Source: Chrysomallon squamiferum
Lineage: Eukaryota; Animalia; Mollusca
Assembly (NCBI GenBank): GCA_012295275.1
Contig: CM022674.1
Span: 3,348,001 to 3,412,000, forward strand
Length of the DNA stretch: 64,000 nt
Direction of reading: 5' to 3'
The notes under the pieces: generated by a model
What the model was told of the DNA's origin: nothing
Databases searched by the model: none
What the model saw: the letters and a program-made list of their open reading frames with translations, nothing else
Translations under genes and position numbers: made by a program
In this document: in pieces, positions 15,365-30,573 of the stretch
Layout of the letters: the number at the start of each line of letters is the position of its first letter
Numbering within the stretch: position 1 is the stretch's first letter

Positions 15365-16560
15365 TTATAACAGTAATAGCAGTAACAGTTACAGTAGTAC
15401 TAGTAATATGAGGTATAATAGTAATAACAATTATAGCAGCATTAGTAATAAGAGTTACAGCAGTACTAGTAATAACAATAGCAGTAGTACTAGTAATAAC
15501 AGTTATACTAGTACTAGTATTAACAGTTGTAGTAGTACAAGTTATGACAGTACTAGTAAAAAATGACAGTAGTACTGGTAATGACGGTTACTGCAGTACT
15601 AGTAATAACAGTTATAGCAGTATAATAATATCAGGTATTACAGTACTAGTAATAACAATTATAGTAGCACTAGTAATAATAGTTACAGCAGTACTAGTAA
15701 TAACAGATATAGCAGTATAATAATATCAGGTATTACAGTACTAGTAATAACAATTATAGTAGCACTAGTAATAACAGTTACAGCAGTACTAGTAATAACA
15801 GTTATAATAGTTCCAGTAATATGAGTTATAGCAATACAGTAATAACAATCATAGTACTACTAATATTAACAGACATGTCGGTACTAGTAATAACAATTAT
15901 AGTAGTAGTAATAAAGATTATAGTAATAACAGATATAGCAGTACTAGTAATAATACTGACAGCAGTAAAATTAATATCATTTATCACAATGCTAATAATA
16001 ACAGTTATAGTTGTACTAGTAATAACATTTATAGTACTACTAGTAATAACAGTCACAGCATGAATAGTAATAACAGTTATGGCAGTAGTAATAAAAACGG
16101 TTATAGTAGTACTAATAATAATAGTCATAGTAGTACTAGTAATAACAGATATAGCAGCACTAGTAACAACAGTTATAGCGGTCCTATCAATATAGGTTGT
16201 AGCAGTAGTAGCAGTAAAATTAATAACGTTATAATACCACAAGTAATAACTGTTAAATAATTACTATTACTACTAATTATAATAATAAGTTATAGCAGTA
16301 TTAGTAATAAAAGATATAGAAATACCAGTAATAACAATTATAGTAGTACTAGTAAAAACAGTTATAGAAGTATCAGTAATAACATTTTTTGGCAGTAATA
16401 ACGATTTTAGCAGTAATAGTAGCAAGAGTTATTGCACTAACAGCAATAACAGTTATATCTTTACTAGTAATAACATTTATATTAGGTACTAATAATAAAA
16501 TTATAGGGCTACTAGTCATAACAGTTATAGTGCTAGTAATGAAAGAGATAACAGTACAAA
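15365..16560. repeat. Degenerate 24-bp minisatellite (gtactagtaataacagttatagca)n
   Basis: Recurring 24-bp period, with a 95-bp higher-order repeat at 15620 and 15715. Confidence 0.8.
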
Positions 16561-17081
16561 TAACAAAGTAAAGAACAAGTATAGAAGGAAGCTAAGTACC
16601 GCGAGAAGAAAGAAATAATGAAAATTCTTGTGGTAGTATCCTTGAATTTGTATGAAAAGTACTTTTATCGTAACTAAATGTTTAATATACTTAATGAAGG
16701 CAATGCATTTTTACTTTCCCTTTGTTAAAGAAGTAGAAAGAAAAAAAGAAAAAGAAAGGAAAAAGTAACAGAGAAAAGGAAAGAAAAACATCGGGTCTTT
16801 TAATAAATAGGATTAAATTATTATTTTTTTATTTTATTATTATTATTTTTTTTTACTCTTGATCAGAAATGGCCTTTTTTTGTTCGACGTATAAAAGGCC
16901 CATAGGAACAATTTTTTTTTTTGGTATAGTGCATATTATTAAAATATACTTTTGTATGTGTCTGGATATATAAATCTCTTTGTGAATATATTGATATATA
17001 GGTGCATTGTAACATACGCACATACGTATGTGTATATATATATAAACACAAATGAATACATTCATATATACATATACATAC

Positions 17082-17125
<44 letters not shown>

Positions 17126-17552
17126 GCGTGTGTGTGTCTGTGAGTATATATGTATGTATTTGTGTTTGTATACATACTTTAATAGTTCATCAATTCATTA
17201 ATGATTCTGTTTACTAACAAGACAGATTACATGGTTTAATTATTATCATCCATTTAATTTGCTATTAATACAGAGCAATTTTTAAACAACGTTACTTTCC
17301 GTAATCGAATGTTCGTACATTCACAAAAGTATTGGTTTTCGACTAATGGTATCTGTATTTGGAATAAATACTTCCAACCATCATTGAGATCCGATCCAAA
17401 TATAGCTTAGTAACTAGATTTAAACAAAGCACTCTTATACAGTGCTTGCTATATTCGTCATTGTTTGACTGGCTTAAAGAGACAGAGAGAATGATTTAGG
17501 GAGAACAAATGAGAAGAACAGTGAGAGAGAGAGTGCAAGAGCGTGGGAGAAA

Positions 17553-17610
17553 CTGGGACACAGTGGGACAGAGTGGGACAGAGTGGGACAGTGGGACAGA
17601 GTGGGAGAGT
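17553..17610. repeat. 10-bp minisatellite (gtgggacaga)n
   Basis: Five to six copies visible. Confidence 0.8.
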
Positions 17611-17769
17611 GTGTGAGAGAGAGAAAGGGTGGGAACAACAGATAAGGAAGAAAGTGAAATGACAGTTACAGAGAAAGATAGAGAGAAAAAGAAACTGTGA
17701 GAGGTAGACAGATGGATAGATTGATAGATAGACAGACAGACAGACATAAAGACAGACAGATAGATAGAG

Positions 17770-17800
<31 letters not shown>

Positions 17801-17813
17801 CAGAGAGAGATGT

Positions 17814-17920
<107 letters not shown>

Positions 17921-18241
17921 ATTTCTGAAATCTTGGAGAAATAAGTAAATAACAGTCCGATTCGTCTTTTATCTTTTTTACAATTTGCCGTCTCTGACGT
18001 CATCATCATTGTCTTGCAATGCAGCAATACATTTTTTTTATTTTTGTTTTGTTTTCTCTATCACTTAGACAGCATATAGTGCCTCAAATAACAACAGCAA
18101 CAACAGCAACAATAATAACAATAATAGTAATAATAATAAAAACAACAACACAACATAAATACAAACATATATATACAAATGCGTACATATAAAACTACAA
18201 AGAGAAAGAAAATAACAAAGTAGATACACTGACGTATACAG

Positions 18242-18355
<114 letters not shown>

Positions 18356-18987
18356 TCTGATAGATAGATAGATAGAATAAAAATTAGAATAATCAGAACG
18401 AACAGCGAGTAATTCATGGGAAGTAACTCATATAAAATGGGTTGTTTAAACATCGAGTTTAACGGAGTTGCTTCCCTTCTAAGACCTAGTGGAAAAGTGT
18501 GGTTTCCACCGAGTTAGAATATTTTCACTGCACTAATTTCACCTTGTGACAAAAATGCCGTCTATCGATTAAAAATGACGTAGAAAAATAAAATAATATA
18601 TATATATATATATCTGATCATGTTGCCTTATAATTAACCGAAACTAGTTTACTATTATTATTATTATTATTATAGTCGTCATGATCGTCATCGTTAACAT
18701 CTTACAAGTTGCGCTGTGTGGTCGCGCGTTTAGATTACATCAGATTACGTCATATCTTTGTTCTGACGTCATAATTAATGGACGTAGACGCATTGATTTT
18801 TGAGAGTGAGTTTTTGATTTCTGTCTCGATTATTATTCTCCTTATTCTTATTGTTGTTGGTTTTTGTTGTTGTTGTTGATGATGTTGATGATGATGATGA
18901 TGCTATTTTTATTATTGTTGTTGTTGTTGCTGCTCCTGTTAAATTAATTGTTCTAGGTGTCGAAATACTTATATCAAAAAATTATGG

Positions 18988-18993
18988 TTTATT
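18988..18993 (-). terminator. Candidate polyadenylation signal of gene B
   Basis: AATAAA on the minus strand about 210 bp after the stop; weak evidence. Confidence 0.25.
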
Positions 18994-19200
18994 GTTTGTT
19001 TCAGAAAATGTCCCTTGTAAATCACTTTTTTTATGAACTAATAAGCAAACGAACAAACAAACAAGTAACAACAATGATAAACAAACTGTGTTCAGTTAAA
19101 TCTTTTAATATCAATGACTGCTACATTTGGAAACAAATCGGTCCAATGACGTGCTGTTATTGAAATCATGTGATTTCGAGCTAACCAATAGCCTGTCGTT

Positions 19201-19368
19201 TCAGAAGCACGTGACTGCAGACCAAAGACACTGTATCACCCCTTTCTTCTGAATGCCAAGACGCCGAGAGTTACCGGAATTTCCCGACCTCACACGATAA
19301 AACATTTGTCGAATGAAGGGAGAGATTTTGGACCAGTCCATTTGGTTTTTGGATAGGTATTCCGTCAA
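19201..19368 (-). CDS. Terminal exon of a second AstC-family precursor (gene B, AstCC/AstCCC-like); core peptide GVIQCLWSAVTCF (19242-19204)
   Basis: Strong minus-strand acceptor ttttattcttgtcttgcag. Phase-0 translation LTEYLSKNQMDWSKISPFIRQMFYRVRSGNSGNSRRLGIQKKGVIQCLWSAVTCF*: RR and KK sites, then a C-x6-C-F ring directly before TGA. Confidence 0.88.
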   Translation of the reverse strand: MTEYLSKNQMDWSKISPFIRQMFYRVRSGNSGNSRRLGIQKKGVIQCLWSAVTCF

Positions 19369-19509
19369 CTGCAAGACAAGAATAAAATGTAGTAGTAGTA
19401 GTAGCAGTGGTAATAGTAGTAGTAGTAAAACAAATTAATAAACAAACAAACAAACAAAGAACCAAAAAGTAGTAGTAATCTAGTAATAGTAATAATTATA
19501 ATAATGACA

Positions 19510-19555
<46 letters not shown>

Positions 19556-19698
19556 AAATACACAGAGATAGAGACAGATAGACAGAGAGCTATACAGATA
19601 TAGAGATAAGGAGAAACGAACGTATTTGTATTCACTCTAGGTTGGAAAAATCATAACACCAACAATAATAATAAAGAAAACATTAATGAATCAAATAC

Positions 19699-19735
<37 letters not shown>

Positions 19736-20482
19736 TAGAAGAAAGAAAATGAAATAATAATAATAATAAAAAAAATGTACTATTTATTTTCGCGGAGGAG
19801 TACGACCTGTTCATCATTGCTTTCTATAATTAGAAAATAAAAATTACTCCGAGGCGAAATGCACCGAATATCGTGTCTGCATAAAAGACAAGAAACAATT
19901 TCATTGGTTGAAAACGAAGCGTCTAAGAGAAAGACGTCTGTAGAAGCCTTATGCAACAAAAATCGGTTTTAATGACAAAGAGAAAGAAAGGAACAAGAAA
20001 ATGGACAAACATTTTTTTGTATTACGCGTGCTAAAAGTACATAACTAAAAACGTAATTTCAAGAAACTTTCTTTTTTATTCTGCACGCATCGTTATTGAA
20101 AAATTTTATTTTGTAAAGGTTGTTGTCCTGTTAGTAAGACTGCTATCAATGCTGCTTCTATAACTACTACTAGTATTTCTAATACTAATGCAACTGGTAT
20201 TGCTACCACTGTTATTAGTGTTCATAATTACGATTAATGCTTCTGTTACTCTTATCACCCTTACTACAATCAGTCTACTCCTGTTGCTACTACTACTACT
20301 ACTACTCCTGTTGCTGCTACTACTACTACTACTACTACTACTAGTACTATGTCCACTACTACTACTACTACTACTGCTACAGCTACTACTACGATTGCTA
20401 TTTTCTTTTTGTTTTGTTCTTCCTCTTTTTTTTATTTTTTTTTTTTTCGCTTGCCTCTTATTTTACCTTAACCAAAACTGTA

Positions 20483-20633
<151 letters not shown>

Positions 20634-21126
20634 ATGTATATGTTGATTAGATAGGCTTTTTTATTATTAATTTTAAAACTTTCCTAAGATCAAAAGATCA
20701 TTTTTTTTTTTTTGTTGTTTTTCTTCTTCTTCTTTTTTTTTCTTAATATTTCAAATTTAATACTAAACTTGGCACAAAGATCTTAAAAGCCGATCTTAAA
20801 AGCCTGTGGAATTATGCAAAAAATATGACGAAAGAGAAGTTTTTTTTCTCTCTAAATTTGAGTGTGAACGTCAGGGTTTTCAGTATGTAGCAGACTTTTT
20901 TTTTTTTTTACATTACTTATGCACGAGTGTTCAGTGTCGTGTGTGTGTGCGTGTGCGCGTATATTTGTCTCTGTTATTATCTGTGTGTCTGTGTCTCTCT
21001 CCATGCATATGAAATAAGTTTATCCACTGATCTCTTTTTCTTTTCTTTTCTTTCTATCTTTTTTCATAATACTTTTCTTTTCTGTTTCTTTCTTCTTTTC
21101 TTTTTTTTTTTTTTTATTTATTCTTG

Positions 21127-21157
<31 letters not shown>

Positions 21158-21174
21158 GTATTCTTCTTCCTGTT

Positions 21175-21214
<40 letters not shown>

Positions 21215-21405
21215 CTTTGTGCATTTCGTAATTAAGAAAAGGACTCGCAAATGAGATGGCGAGTTACAACTTGTCAGGTTTCTCACATATTCCACATTTC
21301 TTCTCACATCTTGGTTAACACAACACAAATTAGTCTGAACGCCAATTACTTCATCATATTTCATTATTTATAGATAGTTCGATACGAGACCGATTTCTCT
21401 GTATG

Positions 21406-21489
<84 letters not shown>

Positions 21490-21596
21490 GTTTTCTATCT
21501 CTCTCTGTCTCTTTGACTGTCTCTGTCAGTATGTCTTACTCTCATTCTCTCTTTACGTCTCAGTCAGTCTCTCTGTCTGTGTATATTTCTCTCTCG

Positions 21597-21666
<70 letters not shown>

Positions 21667-21825
21667 GTCTGTCTGTCTTACTGCCTCTCTGTCCTTCTCC
21701 GTTTATCTCTCTTTCTATCTCTATCTCTGTCTCTTTGTCTGTGTGTGTGTCTTACTCACATTCTCTCTTTATGTCTGTCAATCTCTCTTTCTTTCTGTCT
21801 CTCTGTATCTCTCTCTGTATCTCTC

Positions 21826-21884
<59 letters not shown>

Positions 21885-21888
21885 CTCG

Positions 21889-22013
<125 letters not shown>

Positions 22014-22465
22014 ACTGTTTCACAGAAATGAAATATATGGCAATAACAAAATCGACGCCATTAGTAATAAAGATTTATAGTTATGTAACCCCATAATACT
22101 CAGATGGAAATCTTCATAACCGATATAACTTATACTAGAACCTAAATAAAAGCAATATTAATTCCTGACAAAGGGTTCGAACTTATGACACTGGTCTCAA
22201 ATAAAGAGCGCACCACTAGAAGTACTATAGCAAACGATATTCCGCGTAAGAGATGTGTAATGGGTTTTGTATCGCCTAATGTCACATAAAACCTGTGATT
22301 ATCCTTCAGTTATGTATTTACCGTTCCTTTTTTTTTTTTTCATTTATTAGTCCGTTCGGAAAAGCTGTCCATATGTTAGTGTGTTCTTTTTAGTGGAAAA
22401 AAAAAAAAAAATTCCCAAAAGATAACATTGAACGAGAATGTTCAATTCCTGGACTTAAAGCGAAA

Positions 22466-22498
<33 letters not shown>

Positions 22499-22779
22499 CT
22501 GCTGGAATATAAATTTGGAATTAGAAAGTTAGTGGAAATGAAATTAATGAAATTGCTGAAGTATATAGATTTAAAATTGACGTACATATAAATGTAAATG
22601 AAAGAAGAGATAAATTTATATAGCTTCAAACTTAAAATCTGTTCTTTTGAAATAATCGCTATAACTTTGCATATAAAGAATCAAGACCGAAGTGTCAGAG
22701 GTTCTCAGTTCGATACTTTGTAAAGTATTTGAATTTAATTTGTGTCTCTGTAATTGTTTGTTTTGTGACGATGATATAG

Positions 22780-22830
<51 letters not shown>

Positions 22831-22834
<4 letters not shown>

Positions 22835-23479
22835 GGTACCTCAACTTACGAAATTTTCGATTTACGAGCAATCGCTTCGTCGATATTTTGCTTTGAGATG
22901 CGAGCTAAATCCGAGTTACGAGCGAGTTTCAGATACGCCACCGCTAGTTGGCGCAACAAAAAACACACCATCCGGCCAGCCAAATTCCTTTTTCCTGACC
23001 ATGGATCGTAAGAAAGTGAGTGCAAAGGACAGTGCTGACAAGAAGAAGCAGATGATGTCCATTGAATAAAAAGCATGAAACCATAGAAAAACATGTGTGA
23101 GGGGTTGTTGTTGTCAACATGGCTAGGCAATACGAGCGTAGTACTTTTACGATATGTACGATACTGAAGCAGAAAGAGTTGATAAAGGCTGTTACTCCAG
23201 CCAAAAGCGTTAAAATAATTTATCTCATCTCCAAGATAAATACACCTTACAAAACCAATTTATTTCTTTACATTCTCTTTTGTTTTGTTTTTTTATACAA
23301 TATTTGTCATTTATAAATATATTTTTCATATTTAAAAAAGAAAAATGGGGTTATTTTGGGGGTTGGAACGGATTAATGGTATTTCAGTCAATTTCGGTTG
23401 GAAAATTTGATTTAATATACGAGCAAATTGAGTTACGGGCTCCGTCACGGAAGAAATTAAACTCGTAAGTCGAGGTACC

Positions 23480-23483
<4 letters not shown>
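22831..23483 (+). mobile_element. Internally deleted Tigger/pogo (Tc1-mariner) DNA transposon
   Basis: TIRs cagtggtacctcaacttacga / tcgtaagtcgaggtaccattg. Decayed transposase N-terminus MDRKKVSAKDSADKKKQMMSIE*KHETIEKHV*GVVVVNMARQYERSTFTICTILKQKELIKAVTPAKSVKII (CENP-B/psq-type HTH). Confidence 0.9.
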
Positions 23484-23533
<50 letters not shown>

Positions 23534-23544
23534 CACATATATAA

Positions 23545-23800
<256 letters not shown>

Positions 23801-24293
23801 CAGCTTTGAAAGTGAACGTAACTTCAGACGACATCTATTTATTTCTAAATATATCGACTGAAAATGTCGAGCATCTCTTCTTATAATCCAAGGTGAAATA
23901 ACTAATAACTGTCACATTTGTAGAATTACAGTAGGTACGACCTACCATGAAATGTATTAGGCCTGCTTAACCGCCTTCGTTTTGCCTTACTAAGTGGTTT
24001 CCAAGGGATATGACGTCACAAAACTGCACCGCATCTAATTTTTTTTTTCTTGTGTTTTTTTTTTTTTTATTTTTTTTTTTTTTTTTTAGATTTTATTTTT
24101 TTTATTTAAAAAAAAAAAAACTATTTGCTGTTGTTATTGTCGTTGTTGTTGGTGTTGTTGTTGTAGAGAGAAGAATAGAGAGAGATAGTTAATGAGAGAA
24201 GGAGATATAGAGAAGAAGAAAGAAGAACTATATTCTCTTTGTAGATAGATGAAGGGACTACGAGAGATTAAGGAAGAGAGACAAACAGACAAT

Positions 24294-24399
<106 letters not shown>

Positions 24400-25098
24400 C
24401 AACAACAGACAGACAGACAAGAGAAATGAAGAGATATGGAATGGAAAAGAGAGATCGTAAGTGAAACAGACAAAACAACTGACGCAATAGCAAGGGACTT
24501 TGCCAGAAGTTATTCAATCAGAATTTCCATTTTCTTTGCAATTTTTGTTAAGACGGTAAAACATGAATCTTGATTCGGGGATCACGAATCTAGAAAAGAG
24601 TTCACGGGTAAACAACAAAGAAAGGAAAACAAATTGTAATGTTTGGTTTTGTCTTTTGTGGTAATCTTGCGTCTACTGTTAATGTGTAGTTTTTACACAA
24701 ACGATATTAAACATTCTGGGACGGTGTTGGAATGAGTTACGAGAAAGCAGATAACATTATATATATGTGTTTATATACGCTACTTCTTTGCCTCTTTATA
24801 TTTGTTCTCTCGACCCGTCCATCCATTTGTCCAACAGTCCATCCATCCATCCATCAATCCATGCTTTTCTGTCTTTATATCAATCTGTCTGTCTATGTAC
24901 CACAACCTACCTACCTATCCATATGTGTATGTGTGCACGTATGTGTATATATGCATGTATACATACACACACACTTGCACACAAACACACACAAATACAT
25001 AGAATCATACATACGTACATATATACATATATACACATACATACATAAAGAGAAATAAAGGTAGAATGATAATATGTAAAAGAGGAATAATGATTGCC

Positions 25099-25129
<31 letters not shown>

Positions 25130-25459
25130 AAAAATTAAATATTTATCAAACCAGTCTAATCTACCTCCTTTACATTTCTCACGTATTAAAGTCAAAAGAA
25201 AACGTCATAACGGTGTTGTAATTGTCATTTATTAAACGTACAGAAAAATCTATGATTGAAGCTTGTATAATAAGAACAGAAAATAGATATATTGCCTTTA
25301 TATATTAGCTATCTACAGGCCTCACATCTGCCGCATCAGTTAACAAACTGTAACAGGTATTATTACCCAAACAAGTTTGTTGTAGATACTGTAGATAAGG
25401 TGAAATGAGAACGGTTCTCAAATGGTTTTATTCTGTACAACTAAAATAAGTTAAACTAG

Positions 25460-26005
25460 GAAATGACGTAATAGTGAAAGATATATTAAACCATGAAATT
25501 ACGTTTTTGTGAATGATGAATTAAACCGTGAATTTACGTCTTTGTCAATGATAAATTAAACTATGAAATGAGTTGATACTGAAAGATAAATTAAACCATG
25601 AAATTACGTGATTGTCAATGATAAATTAAACCATGAAATTACGTTTATGTCAATGATAAATTAAACCAAGAAATTACGTGATTATAAATGATAAATTAAA
25701 CCATGAAATTACGTTTTTGTCAATGATAAATTAAACGATGAAATTACGTTTTTGTGAATGATAAATTAATCTATGAAATTAAGTAACTGTGAAAGATAAA
25801 CTAAAACATGAAATTACTTAACGGTAAAAAAAAAATAATAATATAAAATAAGAACAAAACGAAATGACATAGCTGTGAAAGATGAATTAAACCAATAAAT
25901 TACTTATTTGTAAAAGATAATTTAAACTATGAAATAAGGTAACTGTGAAAAATAAAATAAACCATGAAATACTGTAACTATCAAAAATTAACAAAACCAT
26001 GAAAT
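25460..26005. repeat. 35-bp minisatellite, about 15 degenerate copies
   Basis: Unit taaaccatgaaattacgtttttgtcaatgataaat; period 35 (for example 25592 and 25627). Confidence 0.88.
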
Positions 26006-26435
26006 TGCACGGTTTTGACACATAGAAATGGTTGCTGATATTTTGCCGTTTAAAATTTATGTATTAGTTCATTCATTTATTTTATTTCTTCGCTAACTGG
26101 CTAAATCATTTACTCACTACATCATTGTTTTTTCTTTCGTTTATTCAGTCGTTCATTCATTTATTTCTTCATTTGTTTGGTCGGTCGTAAATTAACCAAC
26201 ATTTATTTATTTACTTACTTAGATAATTACTTATTTATTTATTTACTTACTTACTTATTTACTTATATATTTATTTACTATTTATCATAAATAAAAATGC
26301 ATTCTAGTTATTTTGTTGCAATACTTATCATTTAAAACATATCTATGAATTTGTAATATATAACATCTTCGCTGATTAATTGGTTTGTCTAATTATTCAG
26401 TTAACAAATAAATATGACAGTTAATAAGTTTGTAG

Positions 26436-26486
<51 letters not shown>

Positions 26487-27171
26487 AAAAGCAAACAAAC
26501 AAACAAAGAATGAAGGAAACAAAGAAAATAACCCCAAGAAAAAAAAAAAAAAAAAAAAAAAAAAACGAAATTAAAAAAGAACTAAACGTTAACGAATAAC
26601 AATACAAACTGAAACTAAATCCTACGAATTCCTTTCACGAAGCAAACAAACAAACAAACAGTGCAAGTCAGTAACCGAATTTGTGAACGACCACCGTGCC
26701 CGGAAGTCTTAACCGGAAGTGAAGGAGACAAGAGAGTTCTCAGCCGTGACTGACAAACAAGAGCCTCTTCATTTCACTTCACTCTCAATTGGATTTTCAA
26801 ACTGCACTCAGAATCCAACCTCCTCTTAGTCTCTCTAATACCTTTTCCCGTCCTAACCACGGCTCCATTCCCTGATTTAACAAAGGATGAGCTATGTGCT
26901 TCCTTGTCTGTGGAAATATTTAACATGCACATGCCTGCCTGTACACTCCTGTTTCCATTCTCATTAATGGCTGTGTAAAAATTCTCGCGTTTGACAACTG
27001 ATAAATGTTAATGACTGTGAAGCGGTCTAGGTAAATACGTATTTATTCATTCAGTGACCGTGAATACACACATACACACACACACACATACACACACCTA
27101 CGTACACATACACGCACATACATATATTTCTATGTTGAAAAAGAGACGTACACTGAGAGAGAAAAAAAAAA

Positions 27172-27240
27172 TCGTGATTGGATTTCTATACCAATCCGTT
27201 GCTGAATATTGTCTGTGGACTGAGTCTGAAAAGGCGTACT
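27172..27240 (+). mobile_element. 3' fragment of the same SINE
   Basis: tcgtgattgga..ctgaatattgtctgtggactgagtct..gcgtac. Confidence 0.45.
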
Positions 27241-27429
27241 TGAACCAACATTATTTAACAGATAAGCACGCATACATACACACTCAAGCTCTGTCTGTCT
27301 CTATCTCACGCACACGCACTCATACACACAGAAACACACGCACAAATATATACCTACGTAGAAAGAGAGAAGGAGATATAGAGAAGAAGAAAGAAGAACT
27401 ATATTCTCTTTGTAGATAGACGAAGGGAC

Positions 27430-27526
<97 letters not shown>

Positions 27527-28093
27527 TTAGTAAAATAAACAATGAACAAAAAGAAAAAAAAAGAAAAAAGAAAAAATTTGGAGTAACAGGGTTTTGTTAT
27601 TTGATTCACTGAAAAGACACAATAAATTACAGCAATAAAAACAAAATTATTCCCATCAATAATAGCAACGACTACAAGGACGGTGAAAGTCAACAGCAAC
27701 AACACCATTTAAAGAAGTAAATTATTCTCGATATTTTCTTTCAGGCAACATTCATATTAGACACTTTTAATAAATTAAGCTGACGTCATCAGATCGATTC
27801 ATCAGTATAAATATATAGAAATCTGTGCTCTGCTGTCTATGGTAAGGAACATTTCTAATAACTGCTTCTGCTGTTTTGTAAATGTAACCCCCACCCAGTG
27901 AAGCGGAAGTGAGCTTCATGACGTCATTGTTCTAAAACATTGCAAGAATGCTAATTATATTAATATTAATATTAATCCCTTCGATCTATCGTTTTGATCG
28001 TTCGTTCATTTATTTTACAATATTAGTAACAGTCAACAAAAATGTGGTTCAAATAAACAGACAGAGAGACAGAAGGAGGAGACGGGGAGAAAG

Positions 28094-28198
<105 letters not shown>

Positions 28199-28377
28199 CT
28201 AAAGGAATGATGAAAAAAACAACTAACAAATTTCTAATGTTATAGCTTATGGAATCGACATTAGAAGTAATTTAGAACAGCTCAGAAAGAAAATGGGTGA
28301 AACCTTAAAAAAGACTGTCTTGCTTACTTCTCATTTTATTGTATTTTCTCTTCCACTGAAGCAAAATAGTCATGAAA

Positions 28378-28431
<54 letters not shown>

Positions 28432-29072
28432 TCGATGAACAGATATGTGCGTGCGTGCGTATCTATCTATATGTGTGTACGTCTGTATTATATATTTGTC
28501 ATAAAGAGAAAACATGCATAGCCCTTAAATTTTATTTTCTTCAGTTAAAAAAAAAAAAAATCACGAGATAAACGAGAAACCACGGAAAAAAAATGAACAT
28601 TCGTTGACAATACTGACCAGTCGTCTAGGAAGAAATCTGTTTCTCAGGGAATTGAAAAATGGGGCCTTCTACTTTCTTGATAGAGTTTCAAAATAAAATA
28701 AGCATTCCATTTCCTTTTTTTCACCGTTTTTTCTTGGACAGATTGTACAATTCAATTTAATTTTTATCAAGTCGACGAGATTCAATTTTTGCTAAGGAAA
28801 GAGATAAAATCGTGTTCGGAATTAAAACAATATTGCGTTAGTGTCTTCATTATTTACACGTTTGATTTGATCTTGGTTTTACGTAGTTCAGTAAGAAATA
28901 AAAAAAAAAAAAAAAAAAATCATAGGTATAAGTATAAATAAAATAAAGTGATATATGCGATCAATTTAATCCTGAGAAATAAATTATGGAAATAACTAAG
29001 CGCATGGATAAACAGACAAACAAACGACAAATAAATAAATAAATAAATAAATAAATACATAAATCGATAGAT

Positions 29073-29165
<93 letters not shown>

Positions 29166-29783
29166 CAGATAATTTTTTTAATGTTCAAGCAAGCTCTATG
29201 TATTTCTATTTCTATCTGTAAGTCTCTGAAATCTGTCACAGTTCTTCATACATGCAGACATTTGGTCACTTCATAAACTCACAAATAGACTCACACATAC
29301 ATCTACTCACACACAGATACACACACACACCCACACACACACAGATACACATACACACACACAAATATACTCACACGCATGCAGATTCGGACCCCAATGA
29401 AATTCAATAACCGCGTCGTTTTCTTAATTATAATTAAAGTAAAAACATGGAATCAGAGTAAACATATACCTGCTGAGTTCAGACAAAAGTCATTCGCTAA
29501 TTTACACATTGTCGCGCGAGGATATCTAACAACAATAGAAACACCGATCAGCTTAATCGCTTTAATCCCAGGAGAGGCAAAACGAAGGCGTCAATTAGCC
29601 ATAGCGACTGACTTGAATAAAGGGAAATAATTCTAAGGCTAAAGTATTAGAAATGGCCGGACAATAACTTTCTGTCTCTTTGTAGCATTTTTGCTAATCG
29701 TTAATTGACCTGCGTGAAAATTAAACGAAACAGTTTATGAATATTCAAATACAGATGTATGAAAGTATGTTCACTGTATGTTT

Positions 29784-29814
<31 letters not shown>

Positions 29815-30157
29815 TTATACTCACTCACAAACACGTGAATTATGAATTAAACAAGATTAACGAAAAAATAAGAAAAGAAAAAAAGAAAAAGAAAAAAGAC
29901 AGATATACCTTTCTGCTAGTTAAATTACTGTTTTTACTGCTATTGTCACTATTATTGCTATTATCATTACTACTATTACTACCGTTAATAGTAATAACAA
30001 TATTATTGCTATTACCACTGCTACTATTTTATTACTACTACTACTAGTATTATTATTGCTATTACCATTTCTATTACAACAACCACAACCAATCCTACTA
30101 TTTCCACTACGACTAATACCATTACTAAAACCAATAACAGCAGTCGGATAGATAGAA

Positions 30158-30332
<175 letters not shown>

Positions 30333-30496
30333 AGAGATATAAAGATGTATCGGTCTTTGAATCATCTGTTTGTAAGCAGCGTATGAATAAGCAAAGAAGA
30401 ATTCCAACAAAGGCAAGAAATTACCTCCTCGGGGTTTTCTGATTGACTTCAAGAAATGTTTTTTTTACCTTATTATTTTATATTTTTTATTTTTTA

Positions 30497-30573
<77 letters not shown>

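Noticed and set aside
17437-17470. IQCLLYSSLF resembling the gene B peptide (decayed third copy?)
   Set aside because: Needs several indels to align, and there is no pro-region similarity.
19116-19163. DCYIWKQIGPMTCCY* on + (C-x10-C containing WK)
   Set aside because: No adjacent convertase site or signal exon; antisense to the gene B 3' UTR; probably chance.
25460-26005. 35-bp periodic array as a CRISPR
   Set aside because: No unique spacers, eukaryotic context, no cas genes.
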